From an uncultured cyanobacterium (GTDB taxonomy: Bacteria > Cyanobacteriota > Cyanobacteriia > Cyanobacteriales > CAWUOF01): a stretch of DNA of 64,000 bases. Made by a program: the position numbers and the translations under genes. Positions 37,727-47,747 of this stretch are shown here, in pieces; within the stretch, counting starts at the first letter, position 1; every line of letters begins with the position of its first letter. The stretch is from contig CAVUSO010000001.1 in assembly GCA_963744145.1 (NCBI GenBank), forward strand, positions 736,001-800,000, in the 5' to 3' direction. The notes beneath the pieces are model-generated. The model saw only the letters and a program-made list of their open reading frames with translations. It ran no database searches and was not told the DNA's origin.

Positions 37727-39139
37727 ATGCTAGTTCAATTCACAATAGAAAATTTCCTATCATTTAGGGAAGCAAAGACCTTTAGTATGCTAGGTGTGAA
37801 CAATGATCTGAATCATCTAGAGCATCTGGGAGTGAATCTAGCAGGTAAAGGGAAGTCTCTTCTACCTGTTGCTGGTATTTATGGTGCAAATGCAGCGGGC
37901 AAATCTAACCTCATTAAAGCCATTGATTTTGCAAAGGATTTAATCGTTGAAGGAACCCGTAGTGGACAATCTATCCCTGTTTCCCCATTCAAATTAGGTG
38001 ATTACAGTCAGAAACCTAGCCAATTTGAATTCATATTTACTTATCAAAACACGCTTTATTCATACGGGTTTAAGCTTAATTCCAGCCAAATATTAGAAGA
38101 GTGGCTTTATGGCACTCCTCCTGAAAAAAAGAGAGAGATACTTTACTTTGAACGAACTACTTCTGAGCAGAAAGAAACCATAGTAGAATATGGAGCAACC
38201 CTCAGAGGTAGAGGTGAAAATAATAAGCAGTTTCTCGATTTTATTAGCAAAGGAACTCGCTCTAACCAACTCTTTTTAACGGAAGCTGTAGAACGCAATG
38301 TTAACCTATTAATACCTATTTTTGACTGGTTCAAAAAAGTTCTGACTATAATTCCGGCTGAATCTGATTATACAGATTTAGAAATTGGCATATTAGGCAG
38401 CATAGAATTTACTACTTTTCTGAGCGACTTTTTAAAATTTGCTGGTACAGGGATTGATTCGATCGGATTAGATGAAGTCACACTTGATTTTGATTCTCAC
38501 TTTCCAGAGATGCCCAAAAGTATGCGTGAGAAACTTAACCAGCAACTTGCTGAAGCTGGTGCAAATTCTGTTGTAATGATTGAGAATTCTCTCAGAAAAA
38601 AAAGATATCTTTTGATGAAAGGAGAACAAGAGAAAATAAATTTAATGCAGATTAAAACTAAACATCGCCATGAAAACGGTCAACTTGTCGATTTTTCAAT
38701 CGATGAGGAATCAGAAGGAACACAACGTTTAATTAATCTAATTCCAGTTCTATTTGTTTTAAGGAAAAATCCTGAGAAAGTTATATTGCTAGATGAACTT
38801 GATCGTCGATTACATCCTTTATTATCACGTCAATTTTTGGAGTTTTTTCTACAATGCAAAACGGAAAATAGTAGAAGTCAGCTAATTTTTACAACTCATG
38901 ACAGTAACTTACTTGACTTAGATATACTACGTCGAGATGAAATTTGGTTTGTCGAAAAAAATCAGCAGGGAGTTTCACATCTTTACTCCTTAGCAGAATT
39001 CAAGATTAGACCTGATCTCAAAATTGAGAAAGGATATTTGAATGGTCGATTTGGAGCGATTCCATTCTTTGGTGATATTCACAGTTTAGGTTGGGTCGAT
39101 TGTCAAGCAGAACCTGCTATTAGGATCACAAAGGTTTGA
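37727..39139 (+). CDS. AAA_21 ATPase (RloA/AbiEii-like)
   Basis: IYGANAAGKSN, ESEGT, DELDRRLHP, QLIFTTHD, YLNGRFGAIP. Confidence 0.88.
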   Translation: MLVQFTIENFLSFREAKTFSMLGVNNDLNHLEHLGVNLAGKGKSLLPVAGIYGANAAGKSNLIKAIDFAKDLIVEGTRSGQSIPVSPFKLGDYSQKPSQFEFIFTYQNTLYSYGFKLNSSQILEEWLYGTPPEKKREILYFERTTSEQKETIVEYGATLRGRGENNKQFLDFISKGTRSNQLFLTEAVERNVNLLIPIFDWFKKVLTIIPAESDYTDLEIGILGSIEFTTFLSDFLKFAGTGIDSIGLDEVTLDFDSHFPEMPKSMREKLNQQLAEAGANSVVMIENSLRKKRYLLMKGEQEKINLMQIKTKHRHENGQLVDFSIDEESEGTQRLINLIPVLFVLRKNPEKVILLDELDRRLHPLLSRQFLEFFLQCKTENSRSQLIFTTHDSNLLDLDILRRDEIWFVEKNQQGVSHLYSLAEFKIRPDLKIEKGYLNGRFGAIPFFGDIHSLGWVDCQAEPAIRITKV

Positions 39140-39173
39140 TGCCGATCGATTCGCTCACCAATTCTTTTTAACG

Positions 39174-39335
39174 CTAATTTTGAGGATTTTTCGGTTTAAT
39201 TATCGGTTTAGGTTTTGGTGTGCTGGGGATAGAAATATCTAAATTCTCTACAGCTTGACGGTTAGCAATTTTTTTATTATTGACTTGATTTTGGAAAGCA
39301 GATTTAACTGCAACTGATTGGGATAGAACTTTCAT
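39174..39335 (-). pseudogene. In-frame internally deleted copy of the NERD gene (53 codons)
   Basis: Start and end match 43545 and 42822; junction lies at a CAAGCT direct repeat. Confidence 0.85.
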
Positions 39336-39391
39336 AAGACTTTAACTTGTGAAAACATCTAGTAATACATCACTATCAAATCAGACTTTCT

Positions 39392-39643
39392 TCAACGGTA
39401 TTTCTCCTCTAGATAATTGATATAAGATTCGTTTAAATCTGCCGATTCAAGCTGAATTACACCAATTAGACTTTGAGTCCAATCAGCGAGTTCTGTTAAA
39501 GATTTTTCCTTTGGGAGAAAAGAAATAGGTGGGGAATAAATTGTGGTTTCCCGTTGAATTGATGTTAAGATTGACTGAACTAAATGCCAGCGATCGGAGA
39601 GTGATAATTTTAATATCTGATCTTCTAACTCTGATAATATCAT
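39392..39643 (-). CDS. Small hypothetical protein, antitoxin-like
   Basis: GGGAGG RBS; ILKLSLSDRWHLV...WTQSLIGVI...YINYLEEKYR. Confidence 0.65.
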   Translation of the reverse strand: MILSELEDQILKLSLSDRWHLVQSILTSIQRETTIYSPPISFLPKEKSLTELADWTQSLIGVIQLESADLNESYINYLEEKYR

Positions 39644-39879
39644 CAGTTTTCCTCCCTAAATTGACTTGCTGAAAATCTAACTATGACCCACTCGAAAATT
39701 ACATAAGATTACTGATGTTATGATTTTAGCCAATATTTTGAAATTTTGAGCGATCGCGCTTTGATAATTTTACCGTATTACTGATGGATCAATTCAAACT
39801 TGACTTTAACCGTATCCTAGGATATTTATCATGCTTCTGCTTCTTTCCATCTGGGATAATAAGTAATACTTATCTATTA

Positions 39880-40023
39880 GGGATAATACCAATTTAATGT
39901 GAAGTTGCATAGAGCTAGATCCCCCTAAATTCCCCTTAAAAAGGGGGACGCGAGAATTCTTGCTCCCCCTTTTTAAGGGGGCTGGGGAGATCGGATTATA
40001 TGCAGGTTAATAAAAAATATAGT
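39880..40023. mobile_element. MITE-like insertion, absent from the duplicate region at about 36800
   Basis: Filled versus empty site; internal CCCC..TT..AA..GGGG hairpins. Confidence 0.75.
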
Positions 40024-40144
40024 TCAAAATTTTATAAAAATTTTAGAAAGTTCAGTGTTTTTCGATATTTACAATTGATCAGGGAGACATTATAGTGGTA
40101 AATGGTTAGAATACTTTAGTATAAGGAAGCGTCAGATATAAGTC

Positions 40145-42529
40145 ATGTCTAAACTAATTATGTCTCTTCTTAGTCGTCGCCATTTTCTTGGTCATGTGGC
40201 TTTAGCTACTTTTGGATTGCTGACAAAAGACTTTCTTTATCCAGTTAGTGCTAGAGCTAATAGCGAGGGATTAGTCAAGAGTTCTGATATCTTAGAAAAG
40301 TATCATATTTGTGTTCCTTATATAACGGCGCTGCGGGGGGGTAAACAAACAGTACCTCTCCGTTCAGGAGATAATTTTGAGATAAAAATTTCTCCTCGAA
40401 CTCAAGAGAATCAGGAGATTACTATTAAAGGGTATGGTCAAGATGGTAAAGATATGATTGTAGTCTTCCATACCTTATACGATCAACAACTTAGAGTAGC
40501 GGATCAAGTTTATCAAGAAATTGACAAACATACGGAATTTTTTGAACAAGCAAGTAAAGCTAAATGTAAATCAGTGTACGAGCAAGTTGAAGATGGTCAA
40601 TATATTGACAATATGATCTCATTAGACTTGTTAGATTATGTGATATCCACTTCAAAGCTAGATAGCAAAATTAAAGAGCGTTACCAAATTGCCAGCACTA
40701 ATTCGCGTCTGATCGGAATTCAGGAAAGTATTGAATCTACATTAGCTAAATCTAAATTGACTGAATCAGACAAAAAACTGCTTAGAGGAACTTACGCTTA
40801 TGTCCGAGCTGGTGAACCAGTTCCTAATTTTAAAGCACTGACAGACATTGACTCAATTGTGACTAACTCAACCCTACCATTAGAAATTCAGCGGAGTTAT
40901 TTTTTAGCTAGTGCCAAATCAAAAGCGTTAACGGTTGACTTTATTATTGTTAAACTGATTAACGACAGCCAACAACTGAACTCCGAACAAAAGACACTTT
41001 ACCTATCAATTTATCAACAGGTCCGCGATGGCAAGACAGTTGAGGATGAAGCAAATTTAAAGTCCCTAGACTTATTCATAAGAAATGCTAAAATTTCAAA
41101 AAACGCTAAAATTGTTTACTCAATCGCCAGAATAAATAATTTAGATAACCAAGAAGATTTTGCCAAAAATGTAGTTGGTTTTGTGCAAGATGCTCAAACA
41201 TTTCAAGAGCAGCTAGAGGACATTAAAGGCCAAGGATTTGCTATTATTCCACAAGCTACTAAAATCCTGAGTACACTGGGAGCAGAAGCAGGAACAGGTG
41301 TCAGTATTAGTAGTTTGTCTGGAGCAGCTGCTACCAACGCAACTTTAGCCGTTTTAGGTGGTGGTTCAGTTGCAGCAGGTGGTTTAGGAATGCTGGGTGG
41401 ATTAGCAGTAGCAACAGGAGGAGCAGCACTAATTGGAGCTGCTGGATTGTTGTCGATTGCGTTAGTCCAGGAAATGGACAGCGAAGATCGAAAGAATTTA
41501 GGGATTGCAATTGGTACAGGAACCATAGCTGGTGCTGCTACGGTTTTAGGTGCTTGGACTGCTGCTAGTGCTTTGGGAGTAGCAGGCACATTGTCCGGTG
41601 CTGCTGCTATTACTACTACCATCTCGGCTCTTGGTGGACTCAGTATACTTACTGGTGGTGCTGCGCTGGTTGCATCAGGTACAGCATTTTTAATTTGGTC
41701 ATTGTTGCAAGGACAAAAGCAACGAGATCAGTCCTTATTGCATCAATTAGAAACTCGAACTTACACCTATACTGAAGATATAATTTCAAGTAATGTGGGC
41801 TCATTTATCCAAAAAGATATCGGCCAAAAATACAGTTTAGCTAATGCCTTTTATGCTCCTAATATTCCCTTGGATAAGCTATCGAATTCTTTATCTAAAT
41901 GGCTAGATATTGATTCAAACGAAAAGGTAATCGCTTTAATCGATACGAGTGGATGGTTTGGTACTTACGGTGCTGTTTTTACTGAAAGTCGGCTCATCTG
42001 GACAAATAACTTGATCAACTATGAAGATTTAGTCAGGTTTTTCAAGAGGGAAACAGAATTAGCCTTATTGTTATCTGACCAAAACCAGATGACAAAATTG
42101 TCTAATTTGAAAGAGGTAGTAGATATTTTATCTGATGATAATTATAAGTCAGATCTATCTAAGTTGAAAAAATTAGTTGACATATTATCTAATTACCCAG
42201 ATATAAAGCCACTTCTATTAGACGATAGGTATAGGACCCAATTAACTAAATTGAAAGATATAATATATATATTTTCTGATGATAATTACCAAAGAGATTT
42301 GTACAAATTAAAAGAGGTAGTAGATAGTCTATCTGATCATGAAAATAACTTAGTAATCTTTTTAGTAATCTTTTTATCACCGGAATTAGTCTCACTAATA
42401 TCTGATGATAATTACAAACAATACTTATCTAAGTTAAAAGATTTAATCTATACCTTATCTTATCAAAGTATCCAAGATTCTTTGATGCAAATGCTTCGAG
42501 AACTTGGTCAAAGATATAGCTATGTTTAG
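40145..42529 (+). CDS. Tat-signal protein with DnaJ-C-like segment, glycine-zipper membrane region and C-terminal helical repeats
   Basis: SRRHFL twin-arginine motif; GAAATNATLAVLGGGSVAAGGLG; repeated LSKLKEVVDILSDDNY. Confidence 0.75.
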   Translation: MSKLIMSLLSRRHFLGHVALATFGLLTKDFLYPVSARANSEGLVKSSDILEKYHICVPYITALRGGKQTVPLRSGDNFEIKISPRTQENQEITIKGYGQDGKDMIVVFHTLYDQQLRVADQVYQEIDKHTEFFEQASKAKCKSVYEQVEDGQYIDNMISLDLLDYVISTSKLDSKIKERYQIASTNSRLIGIQESIESTLAKSKLTESDKKLLRGTYAYVRAGEPVPNFKALTDIDSIVTNSTLPLEIQRSYFLASAKSKALTVDFIIVKLINDSQQLNSEQKTLYLSIYQQVRDGKTVEDEANLKSLDLFIRNAKISKNAKIVYSIARINNLDNQEDFAKNVVGFVQDAQTFQEQLEDIKGQGFAIIPQATKILSTLGAEAGTGVSISSLSGAAATNATLAVLGGGSVAAGGLGMLGGLAVATGGAALIGAAGLLSIALVQEMDSEDRKNLGIAIGTGTIAGAATVLGAWTAASALGVAGTLSGAAAITTTISALGGLSILTGGAALVASGTAFLIWSLLQGQKQRDQSLLHQLETRTYTYTEDIISSNVGSFIQKDIGQKYSLANAFYAPNIPLDKLSNSLSKWLDIDSNEKVIALIDTSGWFGTYGAVFTESRLIWTNNLINYEDLVRFFKRETELALLLSDQNQMTKLSNLKEVVDILSDDNYKSDLSKLKKLVDILSNYPDIKPLLLDDRYRTQLTKLKDIIYIFSDDNYQRDLYKLKEVVDSLSDHENNLVIFLVIFLSPELVSLISDDNYKQYLSKLKDLIYTLSYQSIQDSLMQMLRELGQRYSYV

Positions 42530-42624
42530 CTAATGAGAAAATTAGCGATCGCCTAAAATTGATAAAGATCAGCGATCGATATTTTTGTTGATATAGTTGA
42601 TCTATTGGATGCAGAAATGGCTGA

Positions 42625-42694
42625 GGGCAAAGCATTTCGGTCATAATTTTCTGTGTGATGACGATGTTTTTTCGCCGAAATGCTTTGCCCCTAC
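42625..42694. repeat. REP-like inverted repeat
   Basis: GGGCAAAGCATTTCGG (42625-42640) and CCGAAATGCTTTGCCC (42675-42690), followed by CTAC. Confidence 0.8.
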
Positions 42695-42821
42695 AAAGAT
42701 GGACAAAATTCTGTTTTTTTGGTAATATTCACAGTTTAGGTTGGGTCGATTGTCAAGCAGAATCTGCTATTAGTACCACAAAGTTTGATACCGATCGATC
42801 GCTTACCAATTATTTTTAACG

Positions 42822-43545
42822 CTAATTTTGAGGATTTTTTGGTTTAATTATCGGTTTAGGTTTTGGTGTGCTGGGGATAGAAATATCTAAATTCTCTACA
42901 GCTTGGGCAAGATTCTAAAACTTGCGTTGAATTAAGATATAGTGGAGATTCAGCGATGAGCTTTAACAATGGAATAGCACCTTGAAAAACTGGAACAGAA
43001 CATTGATTAATTCCCAACCATTTAGCTACTGGAAATATTACCGGAGCCATAATGCAATCTGGAGGTAAATTAGGAACTTGGGTAGTTATCCATTGTCGAA
43101 ACATTTTTTGATGATAAGCACTTTGACTCGTTGGACTATTAGTAACTTTCACCCAGTTTTCTCCTTCCCGTCGTTTCCAGTTGTCCTTGTACGCGCTAAA
43201 TGATCCTTTCCAAGTCTTAACTTCGATTAAAAATATCCCACCTGGACCAATGATTAAATGATCGATTTCAGTAAAAGTACCGATGCGGTTGGTAGGAATA
43301 ATTGCATTGTTAAACATTACCCAGGTGTCTGGTAAAGATTTTAACAAGAGAGAAATCCCCCATTCTCCTAAGCTTCCGGTGACCTGATTTTTCACCTGCT
43401 TAAAATCAAACATAAATGCACCGATCGCACCAAAAAAACCACCACCTAATGATTCTTGAGTAGCTTGACGGTTGGCAGTTTTTTTATCATTGACTTGATT
43501 TTGGAAAGCAGATTTAACTGCAACTGATTGGGATAGAACTTTCAT
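42822..43545 (-). CDS. NERD-domain nuclease-like protein with a probable +1 frameshift near 42918
   Basis: GSLGE, TEIDHLIIGPGGIFLIEVKTWKG, SPTSQ; the annotated frame stops at 42856, while the ancestral-looking tail QAVENLDISIP ends at 42822. Confidence 0.8.
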
Positions 43546-43641
43546 AAGACTTTAACTTGTATAGTAAGAAGTAGCTTGACTTTTTGATCCTTATTATACC
43601 CAAATCATAGATAATCTTCTTCTACAAGCTGATCCAGAAAT

Positions 43642-44298
43642 CTAGCCCCGATGGTTGATATTTTTGAACAAAGAATGAGCTAGCAATGCTGCTTGAGTTC
43701 GATCGCGTAAACCCAAGTGACTCAGAATATTAGTGACATAATTTTTCACCGTATTTTCTGAGAGAAAAAGTGCTTGAGCAATCTCACGGTTATTTGCTCC
43801 CGAAGCAATTAAGCGCAATACATCCATTTCTCTAGGAGTTAGTTGGGCTAATTCTGGGTATTGTTCCATCGATGGAGTAGCTGGAGGAGGGGACATAATT
43901 GCTTTTTCAAATAATCCTGGACCTAGTTGAGTATGTCCTTTATATATAGCTCGAATTGCTGATGCTAATTCATCTGGTTCTGTATCTTTGAGTAAATAAC
44001 CCTTAGCACCTAGTCTCATGGCTTGGGAAACATATTCATCATCATCAAAAGTTGTTAAAATTAACACTTTAGTCTGGGGATAGTTTTCTGCGATCGCTTT
44101 AGTCGCAGCTACTCCATCCATGACGGGCATCCGAATGTCCATTAATACTAGATCAGGTTTGAGTTGCCCAATTTGGATTAGTGCTTGTTGTCCATTTTCA
44201 GCTTCCCCAATCACTTCCATGTCAGCATTAGGCTCTAACAGACTTTTAATTCCTTGACGAATTAAAAATTGATCATCAACTAACAAAATCTGAATCAT
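43642..44298 (-). CDS. NarL/LuxR family response regulator
   Basis: ILLVDD, LMDIRMP, LTTFDD, LTPREMDVL..GANNREIA. Confidence 0.95.
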   Translation of the reverse strand: MIQILLVDDQFLIRQGIKSLLEPNADMEVIGEAENGQQALIQIGQLKPDLVLMDIRMPVMDGVAATKAIAENYPQTKVLILTTFDDDEYVSQAMRLGAKGYLLKDTEPDELASAIRAIYKGHTQLGPGLFEKAIMSPPPATPSMEQYPELAQLTPREMDVLRLIASGANNREIAQALFLSENTVKNYVTNILSHLGLRDRTQAALLAHSLFKNINHRG

Positions 44299-45497
44299 AA
44301 TATTATTTTTGATAAGGGTAAAGAAACCGAGATCCGACATCCTGTTCCGCTTTCACTGTCAATGTGAAACATCCCACCGATCGCTGTGGCTCGTTCACGC
44401 ATTCCTTGCAGTCCAAACCCTGTGGTATTCTGATTTGGATTAAATCCTTGACCATTATCTTCAATCAAGATATGAACCATTCCTAGTTGTTCGTATATTT
44501 TAATAATGACAGACTGGGCTTGAGCGTGCTTGTAAATATTCGTGAGTGATTCTTGCACAATTCTATACAGACTAGTGTTAATTTCTGTCGGTAATAATTC
44601 TGGTAAATCAATTTTAGCCGAAGGTTCAATTCCCGTAGTCTGCTGAAATTCCGTGAGTAGTTTTTTAATCGCTGATTCAATCGATTGACCATATAATGGA
44701 TTTGAACGTAATACAGAAACTGAACGACGAATTTCTAGTAATGCTTCCGCTCCCAATTGTTTGGCTTGTTTAACAAAGGTCAGTGCTTTACTATTATTTG
44801 ATTCCCAAAACAACAAAGCATTATTAAGCTGAATAGTTTGAGCAGCTAAAGTATGTCCCAGTCCGTCATGGATTTCCCGGGCAATTCGGTTACGTTCCTG
44901 TAAAGTTGCCTGATCTTCAATTCGGAGTGAATATTGTCTTAGTTGCTCGTAAGTAATCGCTAATTTTTGATGAGCATTTTCTAATTGCGATCGGCTCTGT
45001 CTTTCTGCTAATAAAGCATTAATTAATAATAAGGCAAATACTAAGGTTAAACCATACAATAATACATTACTTAACCGCCAATCCCAGATCGTGACTACCA
45101 ACTTTTCGGGGACAATCGGTCTGGATAATAGCCATGTCCCATAGGAGAAAAGCGATAACCCCAAAACCACTAAGCGTCCTGTCCGCTCAAAAATCAGACA
45201 ACTTCGCATTAGTAATACTAAACAAAGTAGGAAAACAGCGCGAGTCGATAAGCCATTTTCAATCGCTGATAACACAATCAAACTGAATTCTGCTGTTGTA
45301 TAAAATAATTTTGTGATCAATTGACCCGTAGGTAATCTTAACCCCATTACCCCAAACACAGCGATCGCCATAATTCGCAATGGTAAAGACCAGGATAATG
45401 GTAATGGTTGTAATAATTCCATTAAGATCGCCATTACTAATAACAACCACTCTAGGTATAGTAAAAAACGAAAAGATTGATAAGGTAGGCAAATCAT
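44295..45497 (-). CDS. Membrane sensor histidine kinase (HisKA_3)
   Basis: ERNRIAREIHDGLGH, QESLTNIYKHA, IEDNGQGF, GFGLQGMRER. Confidence 0.93.
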   Translation of the reverse strand: MICLPYQSFRFLLYLEWLLLVMAILMELLQPLPLSWSLPLRIMAIAVFGVMGLRLPTGQLITKLFYTTAEFSLIVLSAIENGLSTRAVFLLCLVLLMRSCLIFERTGRLVVLGLSLFSYGTWLLSRPIVPEKLVVTIWDWRLSNVLLYGLTLVFALLLINALLAERQSRSQLENAHQKLAITYEQLRQYSLRIEDQATLQERNRIAREIHDGLGHTLAAQTIQLNNALLFWESNNSKALTFVKQAKQLGAEALLEIRRSVSVLRSNPLYGQSIESAIKKLLTEFQQTTGIEPSAKIDLPELLPTEINTSLYRIVQESLTNIYKHAQAQSVIIKIYEQLGMVHILIEDNGQGFNPNQNTTGFGLQGMRERATAIGGMFHIDSESGTGCRISVSLPLSKIIL

Positions 45498-45723
45498 AGC
45501 ATTCTGATTACCGATAAAGAACTGGAGCAAAGCACCCAGCGGATTTTTTATTTTTCGCGAAGAAATCAAATAATCAAACAACATTTTAGCCCTTATGAAT
45601 TGACAATTTGCCCTAGATGTGGGAATAGTATTGGTATACCGTTCCCATGCTTATTTCTCTATAGCAATATATCTCAGAAATTGATAGAGTCATTGGGACT
45701 AATTAACAATTCCTCAACTAGGA

Positions 45724-45752
45724 AAAAAGTCATATAACCTTTAGGACTTTTT
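45724..45752. promoter_or_regulatory. Inverted repeat, candidate response-regulator site
   Basis: AAAAAGTC-N13-GACTTTTT between the divergent kinase and RND operon. Confidence 0.4.
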
Positions 45753-45898
45753 CACTGATTAAGTTAGGAATCCTACTTCATCCATAAGTTGATAGTTAGA
45801 TTTTAAGATAAGCTGATAAAAGTAGACGACAATTTAAATAAAGGCTCTATCTAGTTATCCATGCTGGCAAATTATCTGTTCAAAATCCAGAGGAGATC

Positions 45899-47747
45899 AT
45901 GACCCATCAAGTTTCCGATGAAATTTCTCCAGAAGTTGTTGATGAAATTCCCCAGGAAATTCCCCAGGAAATTCCCTATGATGACTTAGTGGAGAACGGG
46001 AAGAAACCAATCCGCAGTTCTGGGGGAAAAAAAAGGATTGGTTTAGCGCTCATTGGTGTGCTGTTACTTACCGCGGTGGGGTTTCTGGTGATCCGCAACC
46101 TAGCTACTCCTAAACTTGAAAAAGCTGGAAGATACGGTGCGAAGGGACAACAAGTAACACCTGTAACAGTAGCAACTGTGATCCAAAAAACAGTTCCTTT
46201 ACAATTACAAGCAGTTGGTAATGTTCAATCCAGTTCTACAGTATCAGTTACACCCCAAGCAAGTGGAATTATCACTGGAGTGTATTTCCAGAAAGGTCAG
46301 GAGGTAAGCAAAGACGCAACTTTTGTTTACACTTGACGATCGCACACAAGGTGCTGCGATTGAGCAGGCTCAAGGGGTGATCGCTAAAGACCAAGCTCTG
46401 GTAGGACAAGCTCGAGCTACTTTAGCTAAAGACCTAGGACAAGTAGAGCAAGCTCGAGCTACTTTAGCTAAAGACCTAGGACAAGTAGAGCAAGCTCGAG
46501 CTACTTTAGCTAAAGATCAAGCGATGGTGCGACAAGCTCATGCAACTTTAGCAAAGGATGAAGCGCAAGCAGATTACGCTCAGGCGCAGAACAAGCGTTA
46601 TGGTGATCTGTACAATGAAGGTGAAATTAGCCAGGATACAGCTCAACAGTACGCTACCAACTATCGATCAAGTCAGGCAACACTTCAAGTAGATCAAGAA
46701 GCGATCGCTAATGCTGAACAAGTCGTTAAAGGTGATCAAGTAGCGATCGACAATGCTCAACAAGTCGTCAAAGGTGATCAAGTAGCGATCGACAATGCTC
46801 AACAAGTCGTCAAAGGTGATCAAGAAGCGATTAAAAATGCTGAAGCTGTTGTCAGTAGTGACCAAGCTGCGTTGAAAAGCGTCCAAGTGCAATTGTCCTA
46901 TAGCAAAATTTATGCACCAATTGATGGTCTAGCTGGAAACGTTCTAGTTACTGAAGGTAACGTAGTTCAAGCTAACAGTACCACCCCCCTAGTTACCATC
47001 ACCCAGATTCACCCGATTCAGGTTTCCTTTTCAATCCCTGAATCCAATCTGCCTGCGGTGCAAAAACGTCTTCAGAATGGCAGACTTAAGGTTGACGTCA
47101 CCTTCCCTGACAGCACTCAATCAATACCCGGTACATTGACTTTTGTCAATAACACAGTTGATCCTACTACAGGGACAATCCAACTAATTGGCGATTTTGA
47201 TAATACTCAGGGAAAACTTTTTCCTGGTCAATTTGTCAATACTACCCTGACGCTAGCTGAAGAACCGGATGCGATTGTAGTTCCCGACCAATCTGTGCAA
47301 AATGGACCAAATGGACAGTTTGTTTTTGTCGTTAAACCTGACATGACCGTGGAAAATGTGCCCGTAGTTGTCAGCAACAGTGTTGATGGATTAGATGTAG
47401 TACAAAAAGGACTGCAACCTGGTGATCAGGTAGTAACAGACGGACAAGCAAATCTAGTATCAGGTAGTTCCATTAGCATCAAAACTGGAGCAGGTGCTGC
47501 TGATAGTGATGATTCAACTAGTTCCGTTCGCATTAATACGGGGAAAAATTCTGCTAAGGATAATACTCCAAATTCAGCGGGTAATAATGACAAAGATAGT
47601 AAAGAGAAAGCGGGTAAACAAAATGATCCTGGGAACAATAAGGTAAGCGGTAATGATGCAAATCCAAGTGGCAATCAGACTTGGAAATCAGGGAGAAAGA
47701 GAAAAGCCAAAGAAGACCAATCCTCACCATCAACTGGAGGGAACTAA
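45899..47747 (+). CDS. RND periplasmic adaptor (MdtA-like), split by a +1 frameshift near 46315
   Basis: TM helix; GQEV followed by QLLFTLD in the next frame; IYAPIDG; VDPTTGT; LFPGQFV. Confidence 0.85.
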
